Source of the DNA: Octopus sinensis
Lineage: Eukaryota
DNA: 64,000 nucleotides
NCBI RefSeq assembly: GCF_006345805.1
Contig: NC_043001.1
Coordinates: forward strand, 116,250,001 to 116,314,000
Direction: 5' to 3'
Shown: piece by piece, positions 40,262 to 53,711 of the stretch
Layout: every line of letters starts with the position of its first letter
Position numbering within the stretch: position 1 is the stretch's first letter
The notes under the pieces: model-generated
Seen by the model: only the letters and a program-made list of their open reading frames with translations
The model's database searches: none
What the model was told of the DNA's origin: nothing
Translations under genes and position numbers: made by a program

Positions 40262-40782
40262 ATTGGAGTATGGGATTCAAGCCTCTTCTCCTTATCTCCT
40301 CAAAGACATACAGCATCTCGAAAGAGTCCAGAAGCTGGCTACCCGCATGGTTCATGGTCTCAAAAATTTGTCCTACGAAGAAAGGCTGAGGACGCTCGAC
40401 CTTTATTCTCTTGAAAAACGCCGCCGCCGTGGTGATCTCATTCTCGCCCACAACATCATAAGCGGAAAGTGTAACCTCTCGAAAGAGCTGTTCCTCACTC
40501 CTGCTCCAGAGCGTCGGCTGTGGGGTCATTCCGAAAAGCTCTACCTGCGACGATTTCATCTCAATCGAAGGAGTGGAGCTTTCTCCGTCCGGGTTGCGGA
40601 TCCGTGGAACAAGCTGCCAGACGAGATGGTGAAGATGCCGACGACCGCTTTGTTCAAAGCCTCCCTGGACCTCAAGTGGCCTGAACTCTTTACATGAACA
40701 CCACCCTGTACTTAACTCCATGTCCCCCTACATGGCCTTGCTATTTGCTTTTGAGCCAAATTAACTAACTAACTAACTAACT
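40262..40782 (+). mobile_element. CR1-clade LINE, 5'-truncated (ORF2 C-terminus, 3' UTR, (TAAC)n tail)
   Basis: LEYGIQASSPYLLKDIQHLERVQKLATRMVHGLKNLSYEERLRTLDLYSLEKRRRRGDLI...FSVRVADPWNKLP is the classic CR1 ORF2 end; frame intact; CpG-rich. Confidence 0.92.
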
Positions 40783-42611
40783 ATAATTTTCATTGATTTG
40801 TTGATTCAAATACCCATATGTTTCTTCACAGTTTTTACCTAACGTATAATGTTTCTACCAGTTAAATAATAATAAATGTCCCCTCCCACCATCCTCTCTC
40901 TCTCTTTTGTGTGAATATGGATTCTGTCATTAATTGAATTTGCAGAATTTCTTGTGAGCAGGAAAATGAAGGTGACTAATTGAAAGGAATATTGGCCTGA
41001 TGATTACACGATTAATTTCTTGTAATGACCAAAAAAAGCCAAAAAAAAAAAACCCCCACTTATCTCACAGTGGCCCCACACACCTACTATTAATACTACA
41101 TACTTTATAAAAATAGTTGACTGTTCTAGGGAACACTGCATGAGTGGCATTTCAATTATTAATAGCAATTCCAAATACAAATTCTCCCATGGACCTTCTT
41201 CATTATCTTCCAACTTTCAAATACAAAGACAGTGGTATTGCATGTCCCATTATAGAATTTATATAGCATTGTTCCATCACTAATGAAGGCCAATAAAACC
41301 TGGGGGCACTGTTCCTCAGAGTAATATTGTGAGCATTAGGGATTACACCCTCATCTACCTTAAAGCAATAGAAAAACTCTGCTTTAAGCTTAAATAAACT
41401 GTTAAGTTAAAAAGATTCATTCAGAGTCATTGGGTCTGAAGAGCCTTGAGAGACACCAGTATCAATTGGTTAAATATATCTCAATATTTAACTGATGATA
41501 CATTATTTTACTGTCTTTGGAAGGATGATAACAATGTTGACTTCAGCAAGATTTGTATTCATAACAAAGAGAGCCAGAACTACATACCACAAGGCATTCT
41601 GTCCAATACTAACATTCCTGCCAACCCACTATCATGAACCTATAGAATATTATAGTTAATTATTATTATTCTATATAATTTCCTAGTAGATAAACATTTT
41701 TTTATTGAAATTCAATAAAGCTAATTAATTAGCTTTATTGAATTCTTTAAATGAGGAAACCTTTAAGCAGTTGGCTGTATTTTTATAAACTGACAAACAT
41801 ACAAATTTATAATCTACTTGGCTAAAATCCATATGTTTATATATCGATTAGTTCTTTGTTATTCTCACAGCTTACCTAAACAACTTCTCTTCACCTACTA
41901 TTCCTCCCCTTCCCCTATATATCTTTTTCTCATTTTGTAGATATTTATAGTTCTTTAATGATTTACCAAAACTTATTATTCACCTCAGGAACAAACTATG
42001 CTGAAGCTACTTAACTTTGATTTAACCTCTGATGGAGTGGCAGAGACTCGGTGCCAAATGAGATCTATTCACATCTACCTGTATTGATGCCACAAATCAA
42101 TCATCCCCAAAATCTTCCCAGCATACTGTATCCAGTGCCAGTTGGTGCAATACAAAGAGACAAATCTACTACTTAGAAGATCTAGACATGAGATATAGTA
42201 GGTACTGGAGTGAATCAAAGACTGGTGTGTCCTGTGCCAATTGGTACTATATGAGGCTAGGTTACTCCTAGAAGAGATTGGGGTACTCAGTACCAACTGG
42301 TCCAATATAAATTGGGGCCACATTAAAAGTACTGGTAGTGGTGCCACAAAAAAGCACCCAATGCACTTTGTGGAGTGGTTGACATTAAGAGGGGCATCCA
42401 GCTGTAGAAACCATGCCAGAACAGACAATGGAGCCTGGTGTTGCTCCAGGCCTTACCAGTTCCAGTCAAACCATCCAACCCATACAAGCATGGAAAATGG
42501 ACATACAATGATGATGATGATAAAGCTGCCATTTAGAATATATCAAGAAAATAGTGGCAGAAATAGTAGAGTGATAACAAGAAGCTTTGCAGTATTTAGT
42601 TACGTCCTTTT

Positions 42612-42960
42612 CTTTTTTTTCTTTTTTTTTTTTTTTTAGACTCCGCCGGTTACGACGACGAGGGTCCCAGCTGATACGATCAATGGAACAGCTTGCTCGT
42701 AAAATTAACGTGCAAATGGCTGAGCATTCCACAGACACGTGTACCCTTAACGCAGTTCTCGGGGATAATCAGCGTGACACAGAGAGTGACAAGGCTGACC
42801 CTTTGAAATACAAGTACAACTCATTTTTGCCAGCTGAGTGGACTGGAGCAACGTGAAATAAAGTGTCTTGCTCAAGGACACAACGCGTCGCCGGGAATCG
42901 AACTCACAACCTTACGATCATGAGCCGAATGCCCTAACCACTAAGCCACGCGCCCTCACT
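42612..42960 (-). mobile_element. Young tRNA/CORE SINE family E with poly(A) tail and TSD
   Basis: 12-bp TSD ttacgtcctttt at 42600-42611 and 42961-42972; poly(T) on the plus strand; B box gttcgattccc on the minus strand. Confidence 0.9.
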
Positions 42961-44003
42961 TTACGTCCTTTTACAGTCTACTTCAATCTCACACTGCTTA
43001 ATTGATAAAATGCCTCAATAATACATTCATCTAACCCATGCTAACAAAGAAAAATGTACATGAAACAAATGAGTGAATGAACCAACAAATGGCTTGTATA
43101 ACCAACAGGTCATTATTCAACCTGTTAGAAATAGCAGCTAAATGTTCCTTGTATCACACATTACCATTTTAAATAAACAAGTAGATATACATATGTCTGT
43201 TTCTTCATGCTAGCATGGGTTGGATGAATACTTATTGTTGAGGCATTATTTAATAGGCAGATATCCTTCTTGTTGCTAACTCTCTGCATAAGGGATTTTT
43301 TTTTTATTCCAGTTGTCTTTGAAAGTTCAGAACTACAGGGTAATTTGTTGATCAAGAATTATCTAACGTAGATGTGAGATCTGAAATTTCATGTGAGAGA
43401 TTAATAAGTTAAGCTGAACCCAGTCCACGACTAGTACTTTATTTTACTGACCCTGAAAGGATTAAAGGCAAAGTTTATCTTGGTAAAATTTGGACTCAGG
43501 ATGTAAAGGGCTGACCTAAGTGGTCAGCTTTTGCAAAGTATTTTGCCCAAAACTAATAATAACAGTTTCTGATTGAGGGACAAGACCAACAATATTGAGG
43601 GGAGAGGGGCCAAACAACACCATCCATCCCTGTACTTGACTACTACTTTATTGTACTGACTTCAAAAAAATGAAAAGTAAAGTTGACCCTAGCAAGATCT
43701 GAACTTGGAACACAATGCATTTTGCTTAACACTGTAACAATTATGCAAAATCTTACTGCACTGATAATTCTAATACAGGCACAAGGCCTGAAATTTGGGG
43801 AAGAGGTTAGTTGATTACATTGAACCTAGTTTTCAACTGATACTTATTTTATCAACTTCAGCAGGATTTGAACTCAGAACATACAGATGGATGAAATGCT
43901 GCTGAGCATTTTGTCCAGCATGCAAACAAATCTACCAGTTTGCTGCCTTCTTAATAACGATGATGATGATGATGATGATGATGACAAGGAGGAGAAGATG
44001 TAC

Positions 44004-44039
<36 letters not shown>

Positions 44040-44061
44040 GAAATGTAATAAAAAAACTCAC

Positions 44062-45017
44062 CTCGTCCTCCTGTGGAACTATTGTGTCTTCCAAACGTTG
44101 GTCATATTTAGTGTCATAGTCATCCTCCGAAGATTCTGAATCCGACCAACTTCGGTCAAATAGTTCTTCAGGAGACAAAGAAATAATTTCTTGGTCATTA
44201 ATACTAGAATCTTTGTTAAATAAATCAGATTTGGTATCCAAAAGACTAACAATACCATTGCGCTGTGTATATCGCTTTGGTAATGAATTTGTGTTTTTAT
44301 GATTTTTGTTAATGACTATTTCATCATTTGCTAAAACTTTTTGCAAACTTGGAGAACAGGATTGTGACTGCGGCAGTGGATGGGAACCGGATTCTCCCTC
44401 AGCACTCCACTTATTTTTATTAATTTTTTCCACAAAGGCACGTACATATCCAGCTGCCATTGTAGGGTTTGCCAGATACTCATCTTTGACTGGTGGTGGC
44501 TTTTTGACATTTTCTACTGGAGTGAAGGAGTTTGTTAATTTCTCAATGGTTTGAGAAATGTGTTTTGTACGATTTTGTGGTGAGGAAGGCATGGATTTGG
44601 ACATTTGGCTTTCAGCAATGGTTTTATCTTTCAGTGTTTTCACTGGTGATGTCGATTCTTTGTTCAGTTTCTGAAATTCACTGCATCTCTGCCGCACAAT
44701 GCCAGAGAGCTTTGGAGACGTTGGTGTGGAAAGCGAAGAATTCCATCCAGAGAGTGGAGGAGAATTATTTGATTGTGGAGCTTCATAAAAAGGAATTTCT
44801 TCGTAGATTGGTGAATCAGGACAACTTTCTGTAGTGTTGTCTAAAAGACACAGACAGTTTGAAGAACTTTCTGCTTGCTCATGCTTTATTGCTTCTGATG
44901 AGGTGTCCTCTGCAGTGTTTCCAGAAATCACAACACCATTGAGTTTGTTGTGAGACTTTGTAAGTTTTGAGCCAACCCCTGTAATGAGGCGCTCCAAGAA
45001 CTTCGGCTTGGCTGGTG
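44062..45017 (-). CDS. FGD4: Large internal coding exon (956 bp, phase 1/0), Ser/Pro-rich disordered N-terminal region, probably of the same FGD-like RhoGEF
   Basis: Open frame of 318 codons inside ORF 43951..44997. Acceptor atattttCAG|CACCAGCC (PAKPKFLERL...), donor ...QEDE GAG|GTGAGT. Ends in phase 0, matching exon 563-468. The ORF tail beyond the donor is a microsatellite. Linkage to the DH exon is inferred. Confidence 0.8.
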
Positions 45018-45599
45018 CTGAAAATATAAAAAAAAGAATTTTAGTTAATTTCAGAAAACAATTTAATCACTATACAAATGCATGTTTTTTATTAGACAGA
45101 TACTTTTACTTCCTTCTGATGTGATATTTTGGAAATCAGATGTGTTCTTGCTGTTTCTGTGACAAAACGTACCAATATTTCATTTTCATTCCGAGAGATA
45201 CAGCACAAGTGTTCTCATTGTGAGTCTTATTCAAAACTTTATGTGCTTCTTTCTAAACATTATTTTCGGTCTCTCAAATGTTTCCTTGTCTAATAACAAT
45301 CCCAAATTCCACAAACTCACCCTTTTGATCTTTGAATGATTTGAGAAATAGTACAAAGATTTGACATTTCAATATTCACTAGTTTCATTCATCTGTAGCC
45401 CCGATGGAGCAAACCTTTTAATGCCTTAGTTGATCATATTCATCACAGAACTAATTTCATTAGTCTGTATTTGTGAAACTGCTAAATCATAGGACATAAA
45501 AGGAACACAATATGAGTTCTTCAGGGAATCTGTAAGAAAGAACATAGCTGAAATGCACCAATGCTTTTGATAATTGTTTTAGGTATTTATAGGTATAGT

Positions 45600-45975
45600 T
45601 GTGATACCTGCGCCGGTGGCACATAAAAAGCACCATCCGAACGTGGCCGATGCCAGCGCCGCCTTGATTAGCTTCTGTGCTGGTGGCATGTAAAAAGCAC
45701 CATCCGAACATGGCCGATGCCAGCGCCGTCTTTACTGGCTGCTGTGCCGGTGGCACGTAAAAAGCACCAACCGATTGTTGCCGTTGCTAGCCTCCCCTAG
45801 CACATAAAAAGCACCCACTACACTCACAGAGTGGTTGGCGTTAGGAAGGGCATCCAGCTGTAGAAACACTGCCAGGTCAGACTGGAGCCTGGTGCAGCCT
45901 CCTGGCTTCCCAGACCCCGGTCGAACCGTCCAACCCATGCTAGCATGGAGAACGGACGTTAAACAATGATGATGT
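45600..45975 (+). mobile_element. Family B retroposon with ~67-bp internal tandem units
   Basis: Repeated ggtggcac(g/a)taaaaagcaccatccgaac..gccgatgccagcgccg units, then the common 3' end and (GAT)n. Confidence 0.85.
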
Positions 45976-46611
45976 ATTTATGTAGTCACAAGCATTGACA
46001 CTCTCAGCCCCTGCCCTCCTAGACTTAGTGAAACCTCCAGGATGTGACAGCCAGAAGGGAGATGCACCAGCACTAGGCTAATACTCATTTTTGGCTGAGA
46101 AGAGTCAAGTAATGTACAGCAAAATACCTTGCACAATGAAACAGGATACCACCTGGTCTGAGAGTCAAACCCACAATCTAACCACCTGGCAGAAGGAGAG
46201 AGAGAAGTGGCACAAAAAACAATGTTATACCTAGCAATGGGGTGAACACATTTTATCTCTTTAACAAAGAAAAAGGAAAGAAAATCAAGTGTGTCGATAG
46301 CCAGCTGGAGGAGGTGCCCACCTGGGGCTACAAGCTACATTAGCATCCACCCTTAAGGGTTAGCCACAAGTAAGTGGCAAATATAATTCACAAAATCAAT
46401 TCTGTCTTGCTTCTTTGTATATTTTAATTGAATTTTATCTATTTCATTGATTTATAAATTATTTGTCAACTAATCTGACTGACAGCTACAAGTAAGCAGT
46501 CAGTAAAAGCAGGTTGGCATGACATCAAATATCACTATCACCTTAACCTCTCTCTCACTCTCATATTTGCACTCTCCCTCTGTCTCCTCTCTCTCTCATT
46601 TCATATATACC

Positions 46612-46679
<68 letters not shown>

Positions 46680-46732
46680 TATACCTCGTTCAGAGAATTA
46701 TTATTTATATATATATATATATATATGTTTCT

Positions 46733-46898
46733 ACACTCTCGGAGTGGTTGGCGTTAGGAAGGGCATCCAGCTGTAGAAACACTGCCAGATCTGACTGGCC
46801 TGGTGCAGCCTTCGGGCTTGCCAGACCCCAGTTGAACCGTCCAACCCATGCTAGCATGGAAAGCGGACGTTAAATGATGATGATGATGATGATGATGA
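46733..46898 (+). mobile_element. Family B retroposon 3' end
   Basis: ctacactctcggagtggttggcgttagg...ggacgttaaatgatgatg. Confidence 0.85.
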
Positions 46899-46939
46899 TA
46901 TATATGTCTTATCCAAAATAAGTGTAAGTGCATGTGTGT

Positions 46940-47740
46940 ACACATACAGACAGACACACTCACACACTCACACACACATACAGACAGACACACTCACACA
47001 CACTCACACACACTCACACACACATACACAGACACACTCACACACACTCACACACACATACAGACAGACCACTCACACACACTCACACACACATACAGAC
47101 AGACACACTCACACACTCACACACACATACAGACAGACACACTCACACACACTCACACACACATACAGACAGACACACTCACACACTCACACACACATAC
47201 AGACAGACACACTCACACACTCACACACACATACAGACAGACACACTCACACACACTCACACACACATACAGACAGACACACTCACACACTCACACACAC
47301 ATACAGACAGACACACTCACACACTCACACACACATACAGACAGACACACTCACACACACTCACACACACTCACACACACATACAGACAGACACACTCAC
47401 ACACACTCACACACACATACAGACAGACACACTCACACACACTCACACACACATACACACACATACAGACAGACACACTCACACACACTCACACACACAT
47501 ACACACACATACAGACAGACACACTCACACACACTCACACACACTCACACACACATACAGACAGACACACTCACACACACTCACACACACTCACACACAC
47601 ATACAGACAGACACACTCACACACACTCACACACACTCACACACACATACAGACAGACACACTCACACACACTCACACACACTCACACACACATACAGAC
47701 AGACACACTCACACACACTCACACACACATACACACACAC
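46940..47740. repeat. Higher-order CA-based minisatellite (about 30-46 bp unit: catacagacagacacactcacacactcacaca)
   Basis: Direct reading; about 20 units. Confidence 0.95.
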
Positions 47741-47899
47741 ATGTATCAATGTATAATTTCCCACTTCAAATAAGAATATATCAAATCATTTGTTAAGGTT
47801 TTATTTTAAAAGAAGAAAAAACATTAAGGAAACTTAAAGTAAGATAAGAACTGGAACAGGAAATAAGATGTATTTTTTTTGTTTTTGCAAAAATTAACC

Positions 47900-48045
<146 letters not shown>

Positions 48046-48187
48046 TCAATACATTGAAATTCTACTTAACATGTCATTAAAGTCAGATCGAGATACATAT
48101 GGAAACTATATTATATTGCCAACACATCTCTCACCCATCTAATCCATTGCAGGAAAAAATACATTATGCCATCAATATAGATAAAAA

Positions 48188-48641
<454 letters not shown>

Positions 48642-49055
48642 ATGTGCACACGCATGCATGCATGTGTGCGCACGTGCTTATTCTTTCGCTTGTTTCAGTC
48701 ATTGAACTGTGCAGCAATACTGAGGCAATTGTCTCGATGGCTTTAGCCAAACAAATTAATTGATCTCAGTAACACTTACTTTATCAGTCTCCTTTGCCAA
48801 ACCACTATGTTAAGGGGATGTGAACAAACCAACACTGGTTGTCAAGCAATAGGAGCAGATGAACACAAAGACACACATACACACACACTCATGCAAGCAC
48901 GCACACATGCATATATACACATAGTATTGGTTGATCCAAGGCTACAGTAGAAGACAGTAGGCCAAGGGGTCATGCTCTGGGATTGAACCCAGAACCACTT
49001 GTCCATGCCTACAAAGCACATTACAGCCAGTCTAGTCTGAATTTAGTATGTCCAT

Positions 49056-49102
<47 letters not shown>

Positions 49103-49230
49103 CATACACACACAACACAAATTGATAGATGTATATATATAGGGAGAATTCGTGTAAAAAACAAAAGACGAAGACAGATGGTGTAGAAAACAAACAGATG
49201 TATTAGTATAACACTGGGGAATTGAAAAGT

Positions 49231-49267
49231 CTTTTACGTTTCGAGCCTATGCTCTTCCACAGAAAGG
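49231..49267 (-). ncRNA. Minimal hammerhead-like variant in a (TA)n-flanked element (about 49141-49341)
   Basis: Minus strand: cttt-CTGTGGA-A-GAGCatagGCTC-GAAAC-GTA-aaag; A6 is substituted; helix III is reduced to the palindrome ACGU. Confidence 0.4.
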
Positions 49268-49338
49268 AACACAGAAAGAAACAAGGTGAGAAACAAGGAG
49301 AGAAAAAAAATGTGTGTAGTGGCTACACACAGATGGAC

Positions 49339-49400
<62 letters not shown>

Positions 49401-50216
49401 AAAGTCTATGAGAATTACTTAATACTGCTTTGAAGTGTAAAAGCAATTTTTTACTTTAATTATTTTTTTTTTTAAATGTTATGAAATCTTTTATCAGGAT
49501 GTTACTTTTTTGGGAAGAAGTCTTTTTTTTCTGGTGTGTGAGCACTTTCGTTTAAGAAAGAAAGAGAGAGAGAGAGGGATCTTGGTTTAAAAAAAAAAGT
49601 ATGTTATATACCTGACTGTTGTAAGGAGCTCGTAATGGGAAAAACATCTGGTTATAAAACATTGCCTTAAAAAGTCCTACTCAACTCATACCAGCATGGA
49701 AAAGCAGTCATAAAAACAATGATATATCTATATATAGTGTACAGAAAGGGTTTTAATCCAAGCTGTATCCTTGTGAAGCACATCTGGATATTTCAGTAGT
49801 CAAGTATATGTAAGTGGATGTTTTATTTTAAATGAGAAAATCGTACATGTAAGTTGAGATTCCTGGTGAATTATAATATTTACAAAGTATGTATGTATTA
49901 ATACACAGACTGGACTACATGGTACCATTTTAATTCAGTGTTATACATGTTTCATTACAATATGGGAAATGCATTTTATGAATGTAAAATTAATAACTAT
50001 ATAAATATGATCAACTCAAAGTAGATATATAAATGTACATGTATAAACATGTAGAACATCTGACGTGTACAACAAAAAATACGAAGTATGAGTATATGGA
50101 ATATGAATTATTTTTTCGAACAGCAGAAAACACAAATGGAAAACAAGACAAGCAACACAAAGAATGAGAGTAGAAAAAGAGCCAACAACTGATGAAGGGT
50201 TGGTCTTTGCGTTGTT

Positions 50217-50272
<56 letters not shown>

Positions 50273-50302
50273 TATATGTATACATGTGTGTGTGTGTGTG
50301 TG

Positions 50303-50585
50303 TACTCTTTTACTTTCAGTCATTTGACTGCGGCCATGCTGGAGCAGCACCTTTAGTTGAGCAATTCGACCCCAGGATTTATTCTCTGTAAGCCTAGAAC
50401 TTATTCTATCGGTCTCTTTTGCCTAACTGCTGAGTTATGGGGACATAAACACACCAGCATAGGTCGTCAAGTGATGTTGGGGGGGGGGACAAACACAGAC
50501 ACACACACATATATACAATGGGCTTCTTTCAGTTTCCGTCTACCAAATTCACTCACAAGGCTTTGGTTGGTCCGAGGCTATAGTA
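50303..50585 (-). mobile_element. SINE family A, 5'-truncated
   Basis: Tail and body present; breaks off at ...gaggctatagta. Confidence 0.8.
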
Positions 50586-51159
50586 CAAATGGATTAGATG
50601 GGTGAGATGTGTTGGCAATACATAGTTTCCATATGTACTGAAATGGTACTTAATTTATCGACCCCGAAAGGATGAAAGGCAAAGTCAACCTCCGCAGAAT
50701 TTGAACCCAGAGCGAAGCAGCAGGTGAAATATTGCTAAGCATTTCACCTGGCGTGCTAATGATTCTGCCAGCTCATCGACTTTTCTTCCATAAATAATAA
50801 TAGCAACAACATGTTTAACTTCTGGAAGAAGACATCGTTATTATCTTTTGATTATATATTCCAGTCAGAGATAATCAACTGAAACCTCATTACAATACAC
50901 TATTGTTTCCAATTAAAAAAATAATGATAATGAATGGAATGGGGCTTTTAATTTAATTTTATTAATTTTATTTTATTCTGTCTCCACTCTTGGTATTTTT
51001 ATCATTATTGATTCCTACATCGTTTTTTTTTTACCAATTCTTTTCAGTATCTCACAGTCCTTATAGCTAGCATTTCTGTTATTAATTTCATTTTATTCAG
51101 TTCATTTTCTGATTCTTTTATTACTCTTTAAGAAAATGTCAAAGGAAATTTGAAGCAAA

Positions 51160-51227
51160 TAATAATAATAATAATAATAACAACAACAATAAACATCTAA
51201 TAATAACAACAAAAATAATTACAATTA

Positions 51228-51264
<37 letters not shown>

Positions 51265-51526
51265 CATCATCATTATTATCATCGTTATTATTATTATTAT
51301 TATCATCATCATTATTATTATCATTATTATTATTATTATTATTATCATTGTTGTTGTTGTTGTTGTTGTTGTTATTATCATTATTATTATTATCATTATT
51401 ATTATTATTATTATTATCATTATTATTATTATTATCATTATTATTATTATTATTATCATTATTATTATTATTATTATCATTATTATTATCATTATTTTTA
51501 TTATTATTATTATTATTATCATTATT

Positions 51527-51561
<35 letters not shown>

Positions 51562-51700
51562 TATCATTATTATTATTATTATTATCATTATTATTATTAT
51601 CATTATTATCATTATTATTATCATTATTATTATTATTATTATTATTATCATTATTATTATTATTATTATTATTAATATTATTATTATTATTATTAATTTT
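51160..51700. repeat. (ATT/ATC/GTT)n trinucleotide array
   Basis: Direct reading; explains the poly-I, poly-N and poly-L ORFs. Confidence 0.95.
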
Positions 51701-52014
51701 AATTTTGACTGTTATTACTCCGTTCTGCTTTAGTTCCATCTCATTATATTCAATAATTATCATTTTATTATTCTTTCTCTGGCTTCATTTATTTGATTGC
51801 AGCAATATTGGGGCACCACCTTGATGGATTTTAGTCAATTATATCGGCACCTTTACTCGTTTCAGTCTCATACCTATTATATCAGGCAGTTATTAATTAA
51901 TTAATTAAGTTTTACCTTTCAGTATTAAGAGATGCAATTCGACTAACAGTATAACACCAGTATACACAAAAATAAAATAAAATAAAATAAAATAAAATAC
52001 ATGATATCCTTAAT

Positions 52015-52436
52015 TGTTTGCTTGTTTCAGTCGTTAGACTGTGGCCATGCTGGAGCACCAACTTGAAGAATTTTAAGCTGAATGAATTGACCCCAGTACT
52101 TACTTTCTGTTACACTTATTCTATCGGTCTCTTTTGATGGATTGCTAAGTTATGGAGATGTAAACACACCGACACCAGCTCTCAAGCGGGGGAGACAGAT
52201 ACTGACACAAACACACACACACATACACACAAACACATACATATACACACACACACACACACACACGCACTCACATGATGGGCTTCTTTCAGTTTCTGTC
52301 TACCATATCTACTCATAAGGCTTTGGTTGGCCTGAGGCTATAGTAGAAGACACTTGCCCAAGGTGCCATGCAATGGGACTAAACCCAAAACCATGTGGTT
52401 AGGAAGCAAGCTTCTTACCACACAGCCATGCCTGCT
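52015..52436 (-). mobile_element. SINE family A
   Basis: Full-length similarity. Confidence 0.8.
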
Positions 52437-53711
52437 TATATTTACATGTAAAACTGGTGACATGTATCTACATCATCACCATTTTAACCTTTATTCTTCC
52501 ATACTTGTATAGGTCAAAAGGAGCTTATTGAAGCCAACCCATACCTCTCTCCAGAAGACTGAAAATTAACGATACCATTTGTATGGTGATAACAATGACA
52601 AACACACACACACACACAGATTCTTCCAGATTCTATCTACCAAGTCCACTGACAAAGCTTTGACTGACCCATGTCAGTAATAGAAGACACTTGTCCAAGG
52701 TGCCATGCAGTGGTACTGAACCCCTGCATATATTGACATGTAAAAATGGTGACATATATCTACATCATCATCACTTTAACATTTACTCTTCCATACCTGT
52801 ATAGGTCAAAAGGATCTTATTGAAGCAAATTTTCTACAACCAGATGCTCTCTCTGTTACCAACCCTCACCTATCTCCAGAAGACTGAAAATGAATGATAC
52901 CATTTGTATGGTGATGACATGATGAAGACATGAACACACACACACACGCAAAGAGATTCTTCCAAGTTCTGTCTACCAAATCCACTCACAAAGCTTTGAT
53001 TGACCCACATCAGTAAAAGACACTTGTCCAGGGTGCCATGCAGTGGTACTGAACCCCAAACTGTATGGCTGCAAAGCAAACTTCTTAACCACAAAATCAA
53101 ATACACACACACCATACACATGTATAGGTATGGTGGCTAACAACACTGCTTTCAACCCAAAGCTACAGTAGAAGATAGTTACCCAAAGTACCAGACAGCA
53201 GGACTGAACTTAGAACTACATGAGGGCAAAATAAACTTATCTCTTATTTCTTTACTACCCACAAGGGGCTAAACACAGAGGGGACAAACAAGGACAGACA
53301 AAGGGATTAAGTTGATTACAACAACCCCAGTGCGTAACTGGTACTTATTTTTTATTTGATGCCGAAAGGATGAAAGGCTAAGTCGACCTCAGCGGAAGTT
53401 GAACTCAGAACGTAATGACGGACGAAATACTGATAAGCTTTTTGCCCAGCTTGCTAACATTTCTGCCAGCTTGCTGCCCTAAGTAAACTTTTTGCCCACT
53501 ATTTATGCTAAAGATTTCATTGTAAATGATGTAAAATATTATAAAGACCCATCTAAGGCAGAACAGATCAATAAGTATATTGACGTGATTGAAATCATGT
53601 GTATGTGTGTCTCTGTGTGTATGTAATGACTACATTATTTACTGATTACTTCACAGAACACATGCTAATTCCATATACTTGAATTAGGTGCTGTGTATTA
53701 TTATTACTATT

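Noticed and set aside
43951-44061. C-terminal poly-Thr/poly-His tail of the 348-aa ORF
   Set aside because: Lies beyond the GTGAGT donor at 44061; intronic microsatellite.
51139-51824. Poly-Ile, poly-Asn and poly-Leu ORFs
   Set aside because: Trinucleotide microsatellite.
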